A stretch of 43,225 nt of DNA from an uncultured bacterium (GTDB lineage Bacteria; Hydrogenedentota; Hydrogenedentia; Hydrogenedentales; JAEUWI01), in NCBI GenBank assembly GCA_963977445.1, contig CAXBPH010000017.1:1-43225 (forward strand), given 5' to 3'. The notes beneath the pieces are model-generated. The model saw nothing but the letters and a program-made list of their open reading frames with translations, was not told the DNA's origin and did not search any database. This document shows, piece after piece, positions 10,301 through 18,021 of this stretch (the stretch's first letter is position 1; each line of letters begins with the position of its first letter). A program made the position numbers and the translations under genes.

Positions 10301-10553
10301 GGTAGATGGTAGCGTAACCACGCAGCCGGAGTTTTCCTTCTGGTTTGACGACGTGGCCTGGGGCGTGGAGAACTATGGCACCGATCCCGACGTGGAAGTA
10401 TTTATAGCGCCCCAGGATTATAAGGCGGGACGGGATCCCCAGTTGGCCACCGGCCTGAAGGCCGTGTTGGATCTGATGAAAGCGAATCCGCCGAAGTTGC
10501 CGGAATTTCATACACGGCCATCGTTGAAGTTGCCTCGATTGCCCAAAGCATAA
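7344..10553 (+). CDS. Tricorn protease homolog (peptidase S41B)
   Basis: Beta-propeller repeats (PRFSPDG, WSPDGKW), GELGTSHAY, PDZ-like region, GYIHIPNM, DVRYNGGG, catalytic AGSDGD, GTRTWGG, ENYGTDPD; start set at ATG 7344 after CAGGAG. Confidence 0.95.
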   Translation: MIGYYRNPTIHQDTIVFCAEDDLWTVSRSGGIARRLTTSLGAVSTPRFSPDGTLLAFSGREDGAWEVYVMPAEGGPATRLTYQGVVAQVAGWSSDGKSIYYSSEATAPFAAARTLWSISPKGGDPVGLPWGPASHLSEGPGKTLVLGRNTGDPARWKRYRGGRAGQLWIDRNGDGEFERLTPVSGNVTSPMWIGKRIYFLSDHEGVGNLYSCTPTGKGLKRHTHGDEFYARGASTDGKAIIYHAGGNCYVYDLATDTATVVAISTPSPEVQRRRRFVPATSNLQGYGLRPDGKALAITARGKLFTMGNWEGPVLHHGQEAGSRARLSTWLNDGKRIVTVSDRSGEECLEIVDTTGKAKPKSLDKIVIGHAMGMTVSPKEDMAVVRNHRFELILADLKKGTGKCIDKSDFGPVSGATWSPDGKWIAYSYAETSRSRVIRLYHVATGKKHAVTRPEFTDVAPSWDPEGNFLYFISYRVYNPVYDALHFDLGFPQAMQLMVVPLRRDVASPFVARNDVAKVEPPKPDKKKTKEKPLKIDVAGLADRVIAFPKGAGRYGRIVGIKGKILYSQYAVKGTLVSHSPPPEDNHGTVYAYDLTTMKEETILTGVDSFSLSRDGSALLYRAGKRLRVVKAGEKPNEQKSTGMVKDGGRAQGWINLDRIQIAVDPPMEWRQMFREAWRLQRDYFWDEGMSGVDWKKVYNRYAPLLDRVGCRSELSDLMWEMQGELGTSHAYEVGGDYRHAPRVQQGKLGAELSWDQKRKGYRISAISQGDSWSEHRHSPLQAPAVNIGVGDVITAINGVALSPSVTPGHALANLGGQEVLLRVQPKTGASREAIVTTLRHEGALRYREWVNANREEVHKRSKGQVGYIHIPNMGAQGYAEFHRGWLPELHYPALIIDVRYNGGGHVSQLLLEKLARKRLGYDVSRWHAPEAYPRESVLGPMVALTNENAGSDGDIFSHCFKRMDLGPLIGTRTWGGVIGINPRTELVDGSVTTQPEFSFWFDDVAWGVENYGTDPDVEVFIAPQDYKAGRDPQLATGLKAVLDLMKANPPKLPEFHTRPSLKLPRLPKA

Positions 10554-10639
10554 AAAATTCGCGGGTACGCCGATGGTGGCCAGGCCCCATCGGCGGCCCG
10601 TAGCCTTGTTACATAAAAGCGGCAGGAAGGAGTGACACG

Positions 10640-13039
10640 ATGGAATCGGAACTTCCCTGGAGGCGGGCAACTCTACCCTTGGTGGCGGTCGGCGTAGTTA
10701 CGGCATTGGGCGTGCAGTTTACGCTGACCACGGGGGTGTTGGAGCATGAATTCACCGTCATCTTCAGCGCCCTCAGTGGACTGATGTTCTATGGACTGGC
10801 CGGCACGGTCTATCGTGGTGTGTGTAAGGCCATGCCCCATGGCGAGCGGAGCGAGCAGCTGCAGATGTCCCTGTTTCTGCTCCTGGTGGGTGGACTGGCC
10901 ATGTCGGCAGTCACCCTGGCCATCATGTACCTCTTCAATTACTTCCGCTACGACTGTTACTTTGGAAAAGGAATGCCCTTCTTCTGGCTCACGTGGACGC
11001 CCGTCGTTTTGTTCATGGCGGTGGTGGGCTTGTGGACGGCGTCCCGGGGCTGGGGTTGGATTCGTCGTCCCGTGTTTTACGTTTTTCTGCTGTTGTTGAT
11101 ATCGGCCTATGATTGGATATTAATGGAGCGGGGACTTCGGGTGGTGGATCCTCTCTTTGGCGTCATCCTGGCCTTCGACCAGCGTGCGGCCATGCTGACG
11201 CCCCACCTGCATATCTATCAGCGTATTGGGGTGTTGCTGTTTACCGGCACCCTGTGGTGCACCCTGCTCTGGCGAAACCGGAGCGCGAGCGTACCTTTGG
11301 AGAGGACGTCTGCACCGACACTTGCCGGGCGCTGGGTCGCCTTTTTGTGGGCGATCTCCCTGCTCTATCTGATTGGCGCGGGCAGTTATGCCGGCCTGGG
11401 CCTGGGTTCCGGAAAACTCTACGGTACCCTTTCGGAAACGCGGGCATCAGAACATTTCCAATTCCATTTCGCGCCCCATGGCCAGGCGGCCGCCAATATC
11501 GATCAGACCATTCGCCATGCCGAGTGGAACTGGGCACGCTTGACGGCGCTCATGGGTATTGCGCCGACGAAGAAGGTCACCATCCAGCTCACGGAAGATA
11601 CCGACATGCTCTGGGAATTGTCGGGCATGCGCGCCGCCAACGCCGGGCCCTGGCGCATGATTATCAACGATGACGCAATACGCACCGATACTTTTTTTCA
11701 TGAATTGGTCCACGCCCTCGATTTGGGCGATGCCCGCAGCGACCCCGCAACGACGACGTCCTGGGATTCCCGTTTGAAGTTGTTGAGACTGGGTGCTGTG
11801 CTCGCCTTTTATCGGGGGAGCACCGAAGGAATTGCACAGGCCTACAGTGAAGAATTCGCCATGACCCCCGTTGCCCACCGACAACAGGCTGCCGCTCTGG
11901 TGGAGGATAAATTGCCGTCTGCCGTAATCTTTATGGGGCGGGGTGGCTTTCGCACGCTCAACGAATACAATGCCTACAATCTCGCTGGTTCTTTCATGGG
12001 CTATCTTGTTTTGACCTATGGAAATGAGGCGATGAATACCTTCCTCGATGATCGGCTGGATTATGAGCGGGCCTTCGGGAAGGATCTGGCCGCATTGGAT
12101 GAAGGGTGGCGGGAGTTTCTCGCACAAGTTCCCGTTTCTTCTCAAGATGTACTCAGTATGGGGCGTTCTTTTGACCCCAGTGTGTCGAAGGGCTATAAGG
12201 AGGAATGCTGTCCGAAACTGGGGAGCCGCACGCCAGACCAGGAAGACCAGGCCTACGAGGACTATCGCCGTGGGCGATTCGATGCGTCCATCGCGGCGTA
12301 TGAAGCGCTCTTCGATACAACGGGCGATCTGCGATTTCGGGTTCATCAAATCAACGTGCTCCGGGCGAAAGGGGATGCCCGGACGGCCCTCGGGGAAATT
12401 GAGGCGTGTCTGTCTGACGATACGTTGTCCGCGACCCGGGTGTTGGAATTCAGCCGATTGAAGCAGGATTGTCTGACCGAGTTGCGTGATTGGGACGCTG
12501 TGTATGCTTTGCACGCCCGGTGGGCGGAAATTGAACCCGATGCCGATGGTGAGGCCCTCCGCATGCAGCGCCTGGTGGCCCAGGAGGCCTATCGCGAGCG
12601 TATGGCGATTCTGTTGACGGCACGGGATGATTATGAGCGACGTGCGGCGGCGGAATCGCTGAAGAACGAATTTCCTGATGATGAGGATATCGCCTATGTC
12701 TATCTGGCGCAGGTTTACGGGCGCATGTGGCCCGCTTGGAATCAGGTGAATATCATGCCAGAAAACCGGAGCAAGCTGGAGCAACTTCTACCTTACCTTT
12801 CTTCGAACCCCGACGTGGTCGATAAGGTGGGGCGCAGTCTGGAGCGCTTTATTGACCGTGCAATTTTTGCAAGTGATTTTGATCTTGCGGAGCGGATTGT
12901 ATCGGTGCTCGCTGCCCACACGAAGGAGCCCATGCGGGCCCACCGGATGGCGGTGTTGTCGGAACGGATTGCCTTTGAGAAGGGCTATGGGTCTGGCGGT
13001 GGTCGCGACGAGTCGGAGAAGCTTGCTCAAAGGCGCTAA
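10640..13039 (+). CDS. Multi-pass membrane protein with a gluzincin/peptidase MA-like domain and a TPR-like tail
   Basis: About 7 hydrophobic segments, then HELVH..TEGIA and AYNLAGSFMGYL, then a helical C-terminus; AAGGAG RBS. Confidence 0.7.
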   Translation: MESELPWRRATLPLVAVGVVTALGVQFTLTTGVLEHEFTVIFSALSGLMFYGLAGTVYRGVCKAMPHGERSEQLQMSLFLLLVGGLAMSAVTLAIMYLFNYFRYDCYFGKGMPFFWLTWTPVVLFMAVVGLWTASRGWGWIRRPVFYVFLLLLISAYDWILMERGLRVVDPLFGVILAFDQRAAMLTPHLHIYQRIGVLLFTGTLWCTLLWRNRSASVPLERTSAPTLAGRWVAFLWAISLLYLIGAGSYAGLGLGSGKLYGTLSETRASEHFQFHFAPHGQAAANIDQTIRHAEWNWARLTALMGIAPTKKVTIQLTEDTDMLWELSGMRAANAGPWRMIINDDAIRTDTFFHELVHALDLGDARSDPATTTSWDSRLKLLRLGAVLAFYRGSTEGIAQAYSEEFAMTPVAHRQQAAALVEDKLPSAVIFMGRGGFRTLNEYNAYNLAGSFMGYLVLTYGNEAMNTFLDDRLDYERAFGKDLAALDEGWREFLAQVPVSSQDVLSMGRSFDPSVSKGYKEECCPKLGSRTPDQEDQAYEDYRRGRFDASIAAYEALFDTTGDLRFRVHQINVLRAKGDARTALGEIEACLSDDTLSATRVLEFSRLKQDCLTELRDWDAVYALHARWAEIEPDADGEALRMQRLVAQEAYRERMAILLTARDDYERRAAAESLKNEFPDDEDIAYVYLAQVYGRMWPAWNQVNIMPENRSKLEQLLPYLSSNPDVVDKVGRSLERFIDRAIFASDFDLAERIVSVLAAHTKEPMRAHRMAVLSERIAFEKGYGSGGGRDESEKLAQRR

Positions 13040-13085
13040 ATTTAATCTGCCGGTAGAGGAATGGCGGTAGACGGATGTACCCGAA

Positions 13086-13116
13086 CCACGGACAAGTCTG
13101 CAAGACTTGCCCGTGG
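13086..13116. repeat. Intergenic REP-like hairpin
   Basis: CCACGGACAAGTC-tgcaa-GACTTGCCCGTGG, 13-bp stem with one mismatch and no U-tract. Confidence 0.5.
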
Positions 13117-13233
13117 GAGACGACAGGTCACTCACGCCCTGCCGCGCAGACGAAACTTTTTCACGGCGTGCCGTCAATGTAGAATAGCCCTCCCGGTTTT
13201 CTTTCAGAATTTTCGTTTGGTGATCTTGGAGTC

Positions 13234-15591
13234 TTGATGCGAAATTTAGTGAGCACGATGTGGTGTGTTGGCCTTTGCGCCATACCAATGTTCCTTCATG
13301 GGTGCGGGGCCTCCCCGGTGACTTCCCTGGCACCCGAGTTCCCAACGGAAGAAGAGGCTGTTACGTTCACGGATCCCCTTCCGGAAGCACCCACGGCTAT
13401 CGCCGATCTGGCTCCGCAGAAGATGGCGTTGCCTGCCTTCGTGAAAGACGAAAGTTGCCGGTCCTGTCACGAGACCCAGTTTGCCGATTGGCTGGGGTCG
13501 GACCACGAACGGGCCATGGACCATGCGACCCAGGCTACGGTGCTGGGCGATTTCAATGACGTAACCTTCAATCACTTTGACGAGCAATGGCGTTTTTTCA
13601 AAGAGGGCGAATCGTTCAAGGTGGGCTATCGCGCGGGTGCCGGGGAGGAAAAAATCTATACGGTGGAATACACTTTCGGCGTTCGGCCGCTCCAGCAATA
13701 CCTCGTGCCTTTCCCCGGGGGGCGCTATCAGTGCGTGCCGGTGGCGTGGGATGTGGCGAAGGCCCAGTGGTACCACCTTTATCCCGATGAGCCCATGCGT
13801 GAAGGGGATCCCATCCACTGGACGGGGCGCTTGCAGAATTGGAATTACATGTGTGCCGAGTGCCACAGCACGAATGTACAAAAGGGCTTTGACGACACGA
13901 CCAATACCTTTAAGACCACCTTCAGCGACATTAACGTGGGGTGTCAGTCGTGCCATGGGCCGGGCTCAACCCACGTGGACTGGGCCGCGTCGAAAACACT
14001 TTCCGAGGGTGGGGCCTACAACGCCCATGGGTTGGTGGTGGATTTCAAAGCGGGTGACGGGGCCTATCAGGTCGATCAGTGTGCCCGTTGCCATTCCCGT
14101 CGTTCCCCCGCCCGGGCGGAAGACAGCCATGAACACCCCTTTCTCGATAATTTTCAGCTCAGCACGCTGCAGGAAGATCTCTATTTTCCCGATGGTCAAA
14201 TCCATGATGAAGTCTATGTGTACGGCTCCTTCGTGCAAAGTCCCATGTATCACGCGGGCGTCCGTTGCACCGATTGCCATGATCCCCACAAGGCGGATCT
14301 GCTGGTGCCGGGCAATGACCTCTGCATCCGCTGCCACCAGAATGTGGCCTTGCCCCAGTTCCCTACGCTGAAGCCCGGCGTCTTTGATGACCCGTCCCAC
14401 CACTTTCACGAGGCCGGAACGCCGGGGGCAGAATGCGTGAATTGCCACATGCCCACGCGGACCTATATGGGTATCGACGTGCGACGGGACCATAGTTTTC
14501 GAATACCCCGTCCTGATCTCAGCGTTGCGTTGGGCACGCCCAATGCCTGCTCCCAGTGTCACACCGACAAAGAGGCCGCCTGGGCCCAGGAAGCCGTTGA
14601 AGGTTGGTATGGCAAAAAGACGCCCGAAGAAAACGTTCACTTTGCCACGGTGATCGCGGCGGGCCGTCGGGGCGACCCGGATGCCGAAGAAATGCTGTCG
14701 GCCCTGGCGCAAGATGGCGAAACACCGGCGATAGTTCGGGCGACGGCGATGGAGCTCTTGCAAAACTATGGTGGGCCTGGGGCGGCCGGTGCCCTGCTGG
14801 CGGGCTTGAAAGATCCGTCGGCCCAGGTGCGTGCCCAGGCGGTGGGGGGGATGGATCGTCTGCCCCCCGAGGCGCGGGGCGAGGTGCTGGGGCCTCTGGT
14901 CATGGATTCCATGGCATCGGTCCGGATTAGTGCGGCCCGGTTGCTGGTGGGTGCCCCGGGGCTGAATGCCGACGTCAATGATGCCCTGGCGGGTGCGGTG
15001 GAAGAATATACGGCCTTGCAACAATCGACCGGCGATCAGCCCGAGTCCCACTTGAATATGGCCTTGCTCTATACTGCGGAGGGGGCACTGGATAAGGCAG
15101 AGGCGGCCTATCGAAAGGCGATTGAACGGGATCCCCAATTTATTCCAGCCCGGGTAAATCTGGCGAACCTGCTGAATAGTCAGGGACGTAATCCGGAGGC
15201 GGAGCATCTGTTGAATGAGGCCCTCGGGCTGGCACCGCAGGAGGGAGAACTCCACTATTCTATGGGGCTCTTACTGGCGGAGTTGGGTCGCTTGGATGAG
15301 GCGCTCGTCTTTATGAAGCGGGCCACGGAGTTGATGCCGGAGCGTGGGCGGGTCTTTTATAACTACGGGCTGTTGCTGCAGCATGGGGAAAAGCGCGCGG
15401 CCGCAGAGCAGGCTCTGCTGGAAGCCCACCGTTTATCCCCCGGCGATGGCTCCGTGTTGCAGGCCCTCGTGATCTTCTATAGTCAGGAGGAGCGCTGGGA
15501 CGCAGCGAAGCCCTTTGCCCAGTCCCTCCTTGCCCTCGAACCCGACAATCCCCAATTGCAGGCGTGGGTGGCGGATATTCTCCGCCGATAA
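13234..15591 (+). CDS. Multiheme (8 CxxCH) cytochrome c with HEAT and TPR repeats, possible lipoprotein
   Basis: CRSCH, CAECH, CQSCH, CARCH, CTDCH, CIRCH, CVNCH, CSQCH; HEAT-like DPSAQVRAQAV; several TPRs; LHGC lipobox-like sequence. Confidence 0.9.
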   Translation: MMRNLVSTMWCVGLCAIPMFLHGCGASPVTSLAPEFPTEEEAVTFTDPLPEAPTAIADLAPQKMALPAFVKDESCRSCHETQFADWLGSDHERAMDHATQATVLGDFNDVTFNHFDEQWRFFKEGESFKVGYRAGAGEEKIYTVEYTFGVRPLQQYLVPFPGGRYQCVPVAWDVAKAQWYHLYPDEPMREGDPIHWTGRLQNWNYMCAECHSTNVQKGFDDTTNTFKTTFSDINVGCQSCHGPGSTHVDWAASKTLSEGGAYNAHGLVVDFKAGDGAYQVDQCARCHSRRSPARAEDSHEHPFLDNFQLSTLQEDLYFPDGQIHDEVYVYGSFVQSPMYHAGVRCTDCHDPHKADLLVPGNDLCIRCHQNVALPQFPTLKPGVFDDPSHHFHEAGTPGAECVNCHMPTRTYMGIDVRRDHSFRIPRPDLSVALGTPNACSQCHTDKEAAWAQEAVEGWYGKKTPEENVHFATVIAAGRRGDPDAEEMLSALAQDGETPAIVRATAMELLQNYGGPGAAGALLAGLKDPSAQVRAQAVGGMDRLPPEARGEVLGPLVMDSMASVRISAARLLVGAPGLNADVNDALAGAVEEYTALQQSTGDQPESHLNMALLYTAEGALDKAEAAYRKAIERDPQFIPARVNLANLLNSQGRNPEAEHLLNEALGLAPQEGELHYSMGLLLAELGRLDEALVFMKRATELMPERGRVFYNYGLLLQHGEKRAAAEQALLEAHRLSPGDGSVLQALVIFYSQEERWDAAKPFAQSLLALEPDNPQLQAWVADILRR

Positions 15592-15601
15592 TTCAACCGA
15601 A

Positions 15602-15811
15602 TCAGCGGCAGTAGACGAAGCCGGGGGTCGGGCCGACCTGGGTGAAATATCCTGGGTCGGGGGTGACCACGGTGACGGTCTCGTGATTTTCCTTGAGTAG
15701 TTCCTTTGGCGCGTTTCGGAGAAAGCTCTCCGTGGGGCCCGGCTGGGCAAACCAATTGCTTACTTCTTGCGCCGTTGCGTGATCCGAAAGGCTCGTTTCA
15801 TACGTAATCAT
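15602..15811 (-). CDS. Putative small protein (69 aa)
   Basis: ATG preceded by AAGAAAGG, AT-rich upstream region, fills an otherwise empty gap, internal FxQxGPT repeat. Confidence 0.5.
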   Translation of the reverse strand: MITYETSLSDHATAQEVSNWFAQPGPTESFLRNAPKELLKENHETVTVVTPDPGYFTQVGPTPGFVYCR

Positions 15812-16291
15812 GGTGTGAATGCCTTTCTTTTTCCGTTGTTTTCTATACGTTGTCCTCAATTTATCTGCACTGTATAGAACCAGACTTGTGCCAGAATTGT
15901 AAGTGGCGTATTTTCAGGCACTTAAGGATTTTATGGGGTCATTTATACTACAACTGTGTCGCGAGACAGAATCACAAGTGTTCATAGTTGCACAACTAAT
16001 GTCGGTTTCCTTGGCCGTGAATGCTGGGCGGCGGAGGGGCGACTGCGGGGACCGTTTCCGATTGCCCCGTGTCGCGGTGCATTGGAATCGGGATGTTAGT
16101 CAATCGGTAACGGTACCCAGAGACCTCACGGGGTCGCGTATAGCAGACCTTTTGAACCATTTTCCTGTCCTCTGTTACACTCAACGCTTATGCGTGAGCC
16201 GCAGGCGTTTTCGGTATTGGTCGAGGATGGCAGACAGCTTTTTTGTGCTCACGTGACGGGTGGCCCCGTGTTGGGCCTGCCAGGGAGATGA

Positions 16292-17740
16292 ATGGGTTTA
16301 ATGGCTGGTAAGAAATCGTTGGTGGTGCCACGTACGCTCAAGGGGTTTCAGGATTTTCTGCCGGGGGATGCGCTGAAGCGCGCCGGGGTGATCGACAAGA
16401 TTCGTCAGGTCTTTGAGCTCTATGGCTATTCTCCCGTCGAAACGCCGGCGCTGGAACATCTGGATGTGTTGCTGGGTGCAGGGGGTGAAGAGACGAATAA
16501 GGAACTTTTTCAGCTGGAAAGCCCGGAGGAAGAGCCTATTGCCCTCCGCTTTGACCTGACCGTGCCCTTTGCGCGCCTGATGGCCCAGTATCCCGAGCAT
16601 ATCAAGGCCCCCTTTCGCCGTTATGCCATGGGCCCCGTCTGGCGGGCTGATAAACCGGGCCCCGGGCGTTTTCGCCAGTTTACCCAGGTCGATATTGACG
16701 CAGCAGGTGCGGCGACGGTGACCGTGGATGGGGAAGTGGTGGCCGTCATGTGTGCCGTGATGGCTGCGCTGGACGTGCCGGATTACCTCGTACTCATTAA
16801 TAACCGGAAACTGATAGATGCCCTTCTTTCCGACTGCGGTATCGATGAACCGGGCCGTCAGAAGCACGTCCTGCGGGTAATTGATAAGCTTTCGAAGGTG
16901 GGCTTGGACAATATTCGCCGCGAATTGGGTGAAGGTCGGGTAGATGATTCCGGTGACCCCATTCCCGGGGTGGGCCTGGCGTCCGAGGTAATTGACCGGG
17001 TGCTGACCTTTATTGCCATTGCCGGCAGCGACCGAAACGGGGTGGTGGCGGCCATGGGTGAGGCGCTCTCTGACTCTGCGCTGGCCCAGGAAGCCCTGGC
17101 GGAAATGACCGAGCTGGCCGAGGCCCTGGAGGCCCTTGGCGTTTCCGAAGAACATGCCCGTTTTGACCCAAGTCTTGCACGGGGGTTGGATTACTACACC
17201 GGCCCGGTTTTTGAGATGATATTGCCCCAGGCCCGTGAATTCGGCACGGTTATGGGCGGTGGGCGCTATAATCAACTGGTGGAACGCTTTATGAAGCAAC
17301 CCATTCCCTGCACCGGCATGTCGGTGGGGCTCGATCGCCTCTTGGCGGCCCTGAGTCACTTGGGATTGGTGGCGGCGGTGCCTACGGCCGTGCAGGCCTT
17401 GGTGGTGACCATGGGGAACGTGCCCAAAGCAGAAACCCTGAAGGTGGCGCAGGAATTGCGCGCCGCCGGAATTCGCACCGAAACCTTCTTTGCAAGCAAG
17501 AAAAAGATGCAGATGGGGAACCAACTGAGCCACGCGGACCATTATGGTATACCGGTGGCCGTGATCATTGGTGAAGACGAAATTGCCCAGGGGGTGGTGT
17601 CGGTGAAAGATCTCGACGAGGGTAAATCGGCCCGGGAAGACATCGATGATCGGGATGCCTATCGTGAGGCGGGCAAGACGGGGCAGGTGACCGTGGCTCG
17701 CGATAAGATGGTGGAGACGGTGTTGGCCTGCCTGGCGTGA
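16292..17740 (+). CDS. hisS: Histidine--tRNA ligase
   Basis: KGFQDFLP, ALRFDLTVPFAR, motif 2 WRADKPGPGRFRQFTQVDID, LARGLDYYTG, GGGRYNQL, GLDRL, anticodon-binding domain. Confidence 0.97.
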   Translation: MGLMAGKKSLVVPRTLKGFQDFLPGDALKRAGVIDKIRQVFELYGYSPVETPALEHLDVLLGAGGEETNKELFQLESPEEEPIALRFDLTVPFARLMAQYPEHIKAPFRRYAMGPVWRADKPGPGRFRQFTQVDIDAAGAATVTVDGEVVAVMCAVMAALDVPDYLVLINNRKLIDALLSDCGIDEPGRQKHVLRVIDKLSKVGLDNIRRELGEGRVDDSGDPIPGVGLASEVIDRVLTFIAIAGSDRNGVVAAMGEALSDSALAQEALAEMTELAEALEALGVSEEHARFDPSLARGLDYYTGPVFEMILPQAREFGTVMGGGRYNQLVERFMKQPIPCTGMSVGLDRLLAALSHLGLVAAVPTAVQALVVTMGNVPKAETLKVAQELRAAGIRTETFFASKKKMQMGNQLSHADHYGIPVAVIIGEDEIAQGVVSVKDLDEGKSAREDIDDRDAYREAGKTGQVTVARDKMVETVLACLA

Positions 17741-18021
17741 TGGGGTGCCTGGAGCGTCTTCGGACGCGGGTGGGAAAATTAATACCCTGATGTGATATTG
17801 TTTTTGCTATTCGTACTTTTCTCTTTGCCTGTTAAGAAAAGGGTTGCGGTACGGATGCTTAGGGTATATGCTATCTAGACTTATGACAGATATTCACCTC
17901 TTTGGGAACATAGGGGTATTTGGGTGCGTGCCCGATTTGACTGAAAACGAATTCGGGTAGCTGTGTGGCTGGTTGCATTCACGCGAAATTGATTAACCTG
18001 ACAACGAAGTAAGGTATAACG

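Noticed and set aside
8205..10670. Long antisense ORFs (821 aa here; also 2348-3988, 11447-12784, 13966-15255, 16298-17542, 21208-22608, 37940-38875)
   Set aside because: They shadow well-supported genes on the opposite strand, as expected from GC-rich codon bias, and show no recognisable motifs
15860..16291. T-box or His leader upstream of hisS
   Set aside because: No T-box antiterminator consensus and no His-codon-rich leader peptide seen
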